DNA of 64,000 nucleotides from an uncultured Gemmatimonadaceae bacterium. Its GTDB lineage: Bacteria; Gemmatimonadota; Gemmatimonadetes; Gemmatimonadales; Gemmatimonadaceae. This document shows, in pieces, positions 57,868-64,000 of the stretch (position 1 is its first letter; each line of letters opens with the position of its first letter). The stretch spans positions 128,001 through 192,000 of the forward strand of contig CAWBOC010000010.1 of NCBI GenBank assembly GCA_963790305.1. The letters run 5' to 3'. Both the position numbers and the translations under genes were made by a program. Below the pieces are notes generated by a model. It searched no databases and was not told the DNA's origin. It worked only from the letters and a program-made list of their open reading frames with translations.

Positions 57868-58473
57868 TCAGCGGGGTAACGCGCGATGTGATGTAAAGCG
57901 CGTAGGCAGGGGATCGGGCTCGAGTGCGATGCGCCCCGCAGTCCGCTGTGCGGCGAGCCAGTGGTCGAACCCGGATGGGATGGCGCCGTGGGAGATGGAA
58001 AGCTCCCGCGCCGCCTTCGTCGCGAGCTCGTTCGCGTACTCGTTCTGCGGATGGCCGGCGTGCCCTCGCACCCATCGCCAATGCACGGCGTGCCCGTTCA
58101 CGACGTCGATGGCTTCCTGCCACAGCTCCTTGTTTTCAACCGGACCTGTCTTGCGGCGCCAGCCCCGCGCTGCCCACTGGTGGACCCAGTCGGTCATTCC
58201 ATCAATCAGATAGCGCGAGTCGCTGGTGAAAACGACACGAAAGGTGTTCCCCTTCTTCGAGAGCGCGCGGAACGCCTCGATCACGCTGCGCAACGCCATT
58301 CGATTGTTTGTCGTCGCGTTCTCCGAGATCCAGTAGTCGCGCCGGACGAGCCCATCCCCTCGCGCGATCTCGATCAATCCGCCCGCTCCACCCGGGTTCT
58401 CTCCCTCTCGACCATTCCCCAGGCACGACTCGTCCGCGTACACGGCGACGAGAGGGGCATCGACTTCGCGCAC
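57868..58473 (-). CDS. rnhA: Ribonuclease HI
   Basis: VYADESCLGN, TTNNRMAL, SDSRY, VENKELW and WVRGHAGHPQNEYAN. Confidence 0.9.
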   Translation of the reverse strand: MREVDAPLVAVYADESCLGNGREGENPGGAGGLIEIARGDGLVRRDYWISENATTNNRMALRSVIEAFRALSKKGNTFRVVFTSDSRYLIDGMTDWVHQWAARGWRRKTGPVENKELWQEAIDVVNGHAVHWRWVRGHAGHPQNEYANELATKAARELSISHGAIPSGFDHWLAAQRTAGRIALEPDPLPTRFTSHRALPR

Positions 58474-58477
58474 ACGC

Positions 58478-58699
58478 TTAGCGGGCACGGATGACGTGTA
58501 TCGCTTCGAGCTCGTCGAGCGCCAGCTCGATCGGCTCGCCAGTGGTCGGGTGACGCGCGCGAATGATCTCGCGGCCGCCGCGGAGAATGAGCTCCTGGGG
58601 CACCACGACGTACTCCGTCCCGCGTCGATACGCTGCGACGCGCTCACCCACTCGCACCGCGCGCTCGAGCGCCTCGTATTGGTCGTGAGTCAGTTGCAC
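58478..58699 (-). CDS. Small protein with a possible minimal WYL/SH3-like fold
   Basis: LERAVRVGERV...YVVVPQEL...IRARHP...LALDEL pattern. Confidence 0.6.
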   Translation of the reverse strand: MQLTHDQYEALERAVRVGERVAAYRRGTEYVVVPQELILRGGREIIRARHPTTGEPIELALDELEAIHVIRAR

Positions 58700-58700
58700 C

Positions 58701-59852
58701 TCAGCGCCCCTCGTTGCACCAATGGAGTATCAGTGCTTCCAGAACATCGGTCGCACGCTCGATTTCGGCGGTGTCGATCCATTCCTCCGCCGCGTGGGCG
58801 AGCGCGATGTCACCCGGCCCGAAGCATATCGCGGGAATCCCCGCTTCGTTGAGCAGGGCAGCATCGGTCCACGCCGTCATTCCGCCAACGGTCACGCGTT
58901 CGCTGCGCTGGATCAATGCCGTCGAAAGCGCGCTGACAATCGGTGCGTTCGACGCAACCTCCGAGGGCGACTGGGAGAGCACGACCCGCGCCTCCGCCGC
59001 CAGCGTTGCACGGCGCCCGCGAGCGCGCGCAATCGCAGCGAGGACTTCCGCCAAAGGCTCCTCTGCCTGCTCGCTCGGAAGCGTTCGACGCTCGACGCGA
59101 ATCACGCACTGGTCCGGATACGTCGACCAGCCTGTTCCGCCTTCGATCGTGGAGATGTGGAGGGAGGGGCGGCCGAGGAGAGCGTGACGACGCGTGGGTA
59201 GTGCGTCACGTTCGAGTGCCGCGAGCTCCTCGAGCACGAGCCCGGCATCGAGTATGGCATCCACACCGACCTCGTACCGACTGCCATGGGCCGCTCGGCC
59301 ATGCACCTCGATCTCGATCCAGGCAAACCCTTTGTGCGCGGGCATGATCGCGAGCCTGGTCGGCTCACCGACGATGGCGGCATCGGCGCGCACGCCGCGA
59401 CGGAGAAGCTCGCGCGTCCCCATGCTGGTGTGCTCTTCATCGGCGACCGCGGCGACGATGACCTCTCCACTTATTCCTCGTGCTGCTGCGCGCGCGGCAG
59501 CCGCACACATTGCGGCGAGACCGCCCTTCATGTCGGCCGCGCCCCGTCCGTACAACCTTCCACCTCGCTCCTCGCCGCTGAACGGCGCGTGGGTCATTCC
59601 CTCGATGCCGACGACATCGAGGTGCCCATTCAACATGAGCGAACGACCGACGCCACGCCCCGCGCGTGCGACGACGTTTGGCCGGCCAGGCGCCGCATCA
59701 TGAATCTCGGGTGAAAACCCCCACGCTTCGAGCGTCTGCGCCAGCGCCGAAGCCGCCGCTCGCTCTCCGGCGCCATCGGGCGCGAGCGCGGGGTTGCGTG
59801 AATCGATGCGAACGAGTTGACGCGCCAGCGCCAGCGGATCGGCACGAGTCAC
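58701..59852 (-). CDS. M20 ArgE/DapE-family deacylase
   Basis: LNGHLDVV, GRGAADMKGG, ADEE, IVGEPT, GRAAH and AHAAEE. Confidence 0.92.
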   Translation of the reverse strand: MTRADPLALARQLVRIDSRNPALAPDGAGERAAASALAQTLEAWGFSPEIHDAAPGRPNVVARAGRGVGRSLMLNGHLDVVGIEGMTHAPFSGEERGGRLYGRGAADMKGGLAAMCAAAARAAARGISGEVIVAAVADEEHTSMGTRELLRRGVRADAAIVGEPTRLAIMPAHKGFAWIEIEVHGRAAHGSRYEVGVDAILDAGLVLEELAALERDALPTRRHALLGRPSLHISTIEGGTGWSTYPDQCVIRVERRTLPSEQAEEPLAEVLAAIARARGRRATLAAEARVVLSQSPSEVASNAPIVSALSTALIQRSERVTVGGMTAWTDAALLNEAGIPAICFGPGDIALAHAAEEWIDTAEIERATDVLEALILHWCNEGR

Positions 59853-60810
59853 GCCGGTGCCCCTTGCGCACGGCGCTCAACACGCACGCCCTCGCGATCG
59901 ACGCCGAAGGGGACCAGCGTCGCCACTCGTGCCATGGCGTCACGCACCGCGTCTTCTCGTCCCTCACGCGCGATGGCGAGGACGCATCCCCCCCGGAGGC
60001 GCCAAGCGCCTTCCCCCCGATCGCGCCTGCCCCGCACGCCGCGTCGAGCGTACGCTCAATCGAGGGCGTCGTTATGCGCGGGTGCAGTGCCCGTTGATGC
60101 GTCCAGTGCTCCCCGACGAGCTCACCGAGCTCGTCCAGCGACCCCGCCGCGATGGCGTCCGCCATTTCACGCGCGAGCCCGGCCATCCGCGCCAGCGCAC
60201 CCACCACGTGAGCGACGCGCTGGTGGTAGGCGTCGAGCACGGCGGTGATCGTCGCACCGGAGATTCGAGACTCCCCGGTGTACGCGACGATGCATCGTCG
60301 CTCGAGCTCCGCGGCGATGGTATCCCCCAATGGAAGCGCACGGACGTCGACGCGGTCGGCAAAGGTGAGTCCGAGTACGCCGCCGAATGCGGCCGCGTAG
60401 TGATCCTGCCAGCCGCCAGCAACGCCAAGCTCGTCTACTTCCACGCCCCGACTGCGTCGAGCGAGCGTCTCTCGGTCCAGGACCTCCTCCCGCCAGGCAG
60501 CGATCGCCGCCTGAAGCGCGACGCCAACCGCCGAGGAGCCGCCGAGGCCGGCGCCGGGCGGGAAACTCGTCGTCAGCGCAATGCCTACGCCCTCGAGACG
60601 CGCCCGCCGCATTGCGGCGCTCGTTAGGTCGTCGAGCGGCACGGTCGGCGCGGCACTCTCGCGCAACGTCACGATGGCGTGGCGAGTGATCGCCATATTG
60701 CACACGAATCCACCCATCTCCTCGCCATAGGGTGGCACGTCCGTCCAGCCTCCGCCGAAGTCGAGGCGAGCTGGTGCGCGTGCGACGACCGTGTCCAGCG
60801 CGATTCGCAT
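59849..60810 (-). CDS. GHMP kinase (HddA/fucokinase-like sugar kinase), apparent 1-nt deletion at the C7 run 59988-59994
   Basis: APARLDFGGGWTD, PPGAGLGGSS, GGWQD and GGKALGASGG(G)C. The C-terminus continues in ORF 59849..60037. Confidence 0.85.
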
Positions 60811-60944
60811 GAGAGGAGGGTAGGGAGAATCAGGAAGGTACCGCGCCACGGCGGCGGCGCCAATCACGTGCGTCTTGCGGGTATCGCCTTCGTGCGCTAC
60901 ATGCGGGCGATGAAATTGGCTGGCCCTCCGCTCGCCGCGAGCTC

Positions 60945-61742
60945 GTGACGACAGCGCTCCTTCCCCTTTCATTCGACACGCGCGCGCGACTGGCCGGAAG
61001 CCCGCTCGTCGTCATGCTCGATGTCGACGGCACGCTCGCTCCGATCGTCGAGATGTTCGACCGGGCGACGGTGCCTCTCGAAACACAGCGAGCGGTGGCG
61101 GCGCTGGCGGGACGTCCGGACGTGCACGTCGCGCTCGTGTCAGGACGGAGCGCCTCCGTCGCGCGCCGCATGGTCGGCGTGAGCAACCTGTGGGTCGCGG
61201 GCAATCACGGCTTTGAAATCGAAGGCCCGAATGGCGAGGATCTGGCCGATCCCGGCGTCTACCGATTCCGGACGGTGATTGCGACGGCGGTCGAACGTCT
61301 CGAGCCACTGGTGGGCGCGATGCATGGCGTGATCATCGAGAACAAGGCGATCACGCTCTCAGTGCATTGGCGGCTCGCCGACCCGGCGATCGCGCCAGCG
61401 CTCCGCGACGCCGTCGAACAGGTATCGCACCCCCTTGGGCTTCGCATCACGGAAGGGAAGCGCATCTTCGAGGTCCGTCCGCCGGCGCTCATCGACAAGG
61501 GAACGGCGGTGTTGGCGCTTGCGGAGCGCCTGACGAGCGGGCACGACGGTGCCGCGATCGTGTTCGCGGGCGACGACGTGACTGACGAGGATGCCATTCG
61601 TGCGCTTCGTGAGCATCACCCGCGGAGCGTCACCGTCCGCATCCTCGGGGAGGAGAGCTCGCCCACGGAGGCGGAGTTCTCGCTCCGTGACCCGCACGCG
61701 ATGCGGCAGTTTCTCGAGGAGCTCGTACGGCTACGGGGCTAA
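60945..61742 (+). CDS. otsB: Trehalose-6-phosphate phosphatase (HAD IIB)
   Basis: LDVDGTLAPI, VSGR, GNHGFE, SVHWR, EVRP..DKG and GDDVTDED. Confidence 0.92.
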   Translation: MTTALLPLSFDTRARLAGSPLVVMLDVDGTLAPIVEMFDRATVPLETQRAVAALAGRPDVHVALVSGRSASVARRMVGVSNLWVAGNHGFEIEGPNGEDLADPGVYRFRTVIATAVERLEPLVGAMHGVIIENKAITLSVHWRLADPAIAPALRDAVEQVSHPLGLRITEGKRIFEVRPPALIDKGTAVLALAERLTSGHDGAAIVFAGDDVTDEDAIRALREHHPRSVTVRILGEESSPTEAEFSLRDPHAMRQFLEELVRLRG

Positions 61743-61745
61743 CGC

Positions 61746-61777
61746 GACGAAGCGCGCTCGAGGAGCGCGCTTCGTCG
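61746..61777. terminator. Hairpin between convergent genes
   Basis: CGACGAAGCGCGCTC..GAGCGCGCTTCGTCG. Confidence 0.65.
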
Positions 61778-62410
61778 TTACCGTTTCTTCTTCGCCTTGG
61801 CCGCGCCCTTCCTGGCTGCGGGCGCCTTCGATCGGACCGCGCTTCGTGGGGCGGCCACTTTCTTTGCGGGTCTTGCCGCTGCCTTGGTGGGTTTCGCGGC
61901 TTTGGCGGCAGGTTTGGGCGCAGTCGCCACGACGGGCGCTGCGTGCTTCTTTCCATCAGCGTCGGGACGCGCCGGTTCCTGACGAGGCAGTTCAGTGCGA
62001 ACGACCTCGGTCGGCCGCGGCTGCGTGGGGCGGGCCGGGACGGAGGCACGGCGCGGCCCCTGCGACTCTTCGACCTCGCGAATCAGCTTGTCCGCTTCAT
62101 CTTGCGTCATCTGGCCGCGGCGCACCATGTACTGGACCAGATCTCGCGCGCTTTCGAGCGCGAAGCCCGTGAGGCCGGCGGCGGCGCCAATGACATCCTT
62201 CATGGCCGCGGCGATCTTGCTGCCAGCCTCGAGCGAGATCTCCTGGGCGCGTGCAGCCATTTCGGCGACAGTATCGCGCACGTCGGCGCCGCGATGGCCT
62301 GGCCGACGGGGAGGCGTTACGGTCGCCGTTCCAGAGGGCGTAGCGGTGGCGGTGGTTGCTTCGGCAGGCTTGATGTCGCTGCCCGGTGCCTTATCGACCA
62401 TGTTGAGCAA
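61778..62410 (-). CDS. Phasin-like protein with an Ala/Lys/Pro-rich histone-like tail
   Basis: ARDLVQYMVRRGQMTQDEADKLI and a KPAAKAAKP...AAKAKKKR tail. Confidence 0.6.
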   Translation of the reverse strand: MLNMVDKAPGSDIKPAEATTATATPSGTATVTPPRRPGHRGADVRDTVAEMAARAQEISLEAGSKIAAAMKDVIGAAAGLTGFALESARDLVQYMVRRGQMTQDEADKLIREVEESQGPRRASVPARPTQPRPTEVVRTELPRQEPARPDADGKKHAAPVVATAPKPAAKAAKPTKAAARPAKKVAAPRSAVRSKAPAARKGAAKAKKKR

Positions 62411-62592
62411 TCTCGATTGTGGGCGCTGAGCCCCTCATTGAACGAGGCGAGCGACTGCGCTACCTTCGCGCGCGTTCTGCCCCGTGTACGTCGGTAAGTA
62501 TATGATTTTTCGTGTCATATGCAAGGTGGTACAGGCCCGTACCATGAAAGACGAATGCAGGCGCTTTAGCAACACAACCACGACATTTATAT

Positions 62593-63717
62593 GTGAGTAT
62601 AACGCCACAAGTGCTTGACGGCGTCCGAATTCTCGATCTAACGCGTGTCCTCGCTGGGCCCGTCTGCACCATGATGCTCGGCGACCTCGGAGCCGACGTC
62701 ATCAAGGTCGAGCGGCCGGACGGAGGCGACGAGACGCGCGGCTGGGGACCCCCCTTCGACGACCGCGGAGAAAGCGCCTACTTCCTCAGCGTCAACCGAA
62801 ACAAGCTGGGCCTCGCGGCCGACTTCGATATCCCCGGCGATCGCGATCTCGTCCACCGGCTGGTCGCTGAGGCGGACGTGGTCGTCGAGAACTTTCGCCC
62901 TGGGACGCTCGAGCGCCGGTCTCTCGGACACAAGCGGATCCGCGGCAAGCACCCCGCGCTCATCTGGTGCACGATCACCGGATTCGGACCGGACAGCGAG
63001 CGCCCGGGATACGACTACGTCGTGCAGGCCGAGCGAGGCTGGATGGCCATCACCGGCGAGAGCGAGGGTCCGCCGATGAAGGTGGGTGTCGCCCTCGCCG
63101 ACGTCATCGCGGGAAAGGATGCCGCCATCGCGATCCTCGGCGCGCTCGTCTCGCGAGGGATGACCGGGTTGGGCCGCCACGTTTCGATCTCACTCGCCCG
63201 CAGCGCGGCGGCGGCACTGGTGAATGTCGCCCAGAATTCGCTCATCACCGGGGAGGACGCATCGCGCTGGGGAAATGCCCACCCGAACCTCGTTCCCTAT
63301 GAGCTGTTCGAGGCTGCGGACCGCCCCATCGTCATCGCCTGTGGAAGTGACGCGCAGTGGACAGCCTGCGTGCGCGCGCTCGATCTCTCCGCACTCGCCG
63401 CGGACCCGACGCTCTCGACGAATGCGGGGCGTCTCGCACAGCGACAGCGAGTCGTCAAGGAAATCTCTGGTCGCGTACGTCAGCTCACTGCCGGCGACTG
63501 GGTGCGACGACTCGATGCGGCGGGCGTCCCAAACGGAGTGGTGAAGTCCGTCCTCGAGACGTTGCGCGAAGAGCCATCGTCTCCATTGACCGGCGTCGCT
63601 CCCAGTATTCCGGGCTCCATCCGACTACCCCCGCCGCGCCTCGACGAGCATGGAGCCCTCGTGCGGGAGAAGGGTTGGGGGGCGTTCGGACAAGTAAAGG
63701 CGCTGGAAAAGCGCTGA
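62593..63717 (+). CDS. Family III CoA transferase (CaiB/BaiF)
   Basis: ILDLTRVLAGP, LGADVIKVE, VNRNK, ENFRPG and PGYD. Confidence 0.93.
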   Translation: MSITPQVLDGVRILDLTRVLAGPVCTMMLGDLGADVIKVERPDGGDETRGWGPPFDDRGESAYFLSVNRNKLGLAADFDIPGDRDLVHRLVAEADVVVENFRPGTLERRSLGHKRIRGKHPALIWCTITGFGPDSERPGYDYVVQAERGWMAITGESEGPPMKVGVALADVIAGKDAAIAILGALVSRGMTGLGRHVSISLARSAAAALVNVAQNSLITGEDASRWGNAHPNLVPYELFEAADRPIVIACGSDAQWTACVRALDLSALAADPTLSTNAGRLAQRQRVVKEISGRVRQLTAGDWVRRLDAAGVPNGVVKSVLETLREEPSSPLTGVAPSIPGSIRLPPPRLDEHGALVREKGWGAFGQVKALEKR

Positions 63718-63797
63718 GGGCGCTGAAGAAGCGCCGCGGTCTTCATTACGGCTCTTCCATCGCCTCCTAGCGCCCTCAGCGCTTTTCCAGCTCTTAC
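63692..63797. repeat. Palindromic GCGCT-core 9-mer element overlapping the CoA transferase stop
   Basis: gctggaaaagcgctgagggcgct ... agcgccctcagcgcttttccagc. Confidence 0.75.
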
Positions 63798-63805
63798 TTT
63801 TTCTC

Positions 63806-64000
63806 ATGCGCTACATCGGAAACAAAACTCGCCTGCTCAGCTTCATCACCTCGGCGATCGATCGCCTGGGGATTCGGAGCGGGACGGCGCATGATGCGTT
63901 CGCGGGCACGTCGGCGGTTGGGCGTGCGCTGAAGGAGCGCGGCTGGCGCGTGGCATCCAGCGACCTCATGACGTACTCGTACGTCTTTCAGCGAGCGTAC
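63806..64000 (+). CDS. DNA adenine methyltransferase (D12/Dam class, FokI/NlaIII-like N-terminus), 5' part only
   Basis: Read by hand: MRYIGNKTRLL...AHDAFAGTSAVG...SSDLMTYSY, containing the SAM-binding motif DxFxG. Confidence 0.85.
   Translation, partial: MRYIGNKTRLLSFITSAIDRLGIRSGTAHDAFAGTSAVGRALKERGWRVASSDLMTYSYVFQRAY

Noticed and set aside
59988..59994. Phase-variable poly-C tract in the GHMP kinase
   Set aside because: The run is only 7 nt and encodes the conserved Gly-rich motif; a homopolymer miscall is simpler.
2433..60810. Calling tamA, DUF2723, the RCC1 gene and the GHMP kinase pseudogenes or programmed frameshifts
   Set aside because: Each shows single-base indels with no other decay, mostly in a shared GATG context, so sequencing error is more likely.

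Overview
GC-rich bacterial chromosomal segment with about 50 genes. The gene content (SusC/SusD in a high-GC background, many LxAC lipoproteins, an Ig/RCC1 surface protein, DUF2723, GGDEF-AAA-TPR) suggests Gemmatimonadota, but this is inference. Most genes are housekeeping or envelope genes: tamB/tamA, rho, PBP1A, EF-G2, thyX, hbd, thiolase, a leuB-like dehydrogenase, rnhA, otsB, a CoA transferase and a partial adenine methyltransferase. I saw no rRNA, tRNA, CRISPR array, integrase or transposase. Four things stand out. (1) At 6.7-10.4 kb an unannotated 44-aa lipopeptide gene with a C-terminal Cys-loop converges on an HTH-less TPR protein. It sits beside a pseudo-receiver-AraC regulator, a single-domain receiver and a stand-alone HisKA protein, which together suggest a Rap/Phr-like peptide-signalling system. 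(2) A translationally coupled operon encodes two D-Ala-D-Ala-ligase-like ATP-grasp enzymes, a GNAT and a KamA radical SAM aminomutase, a candidate beta-amino-acid peptide pathway. (3) About 17 dispersed elements built from 7- or 9-bp tandem units, mostly as palindromes, are present, and three are translated inside proteins. (4) Five apparent frameshifts all sit at GATG contexts and are probably methylation-linked sequencing errors rather than pseudogenes. All products were assigned by motif recognition and no database searches were run.
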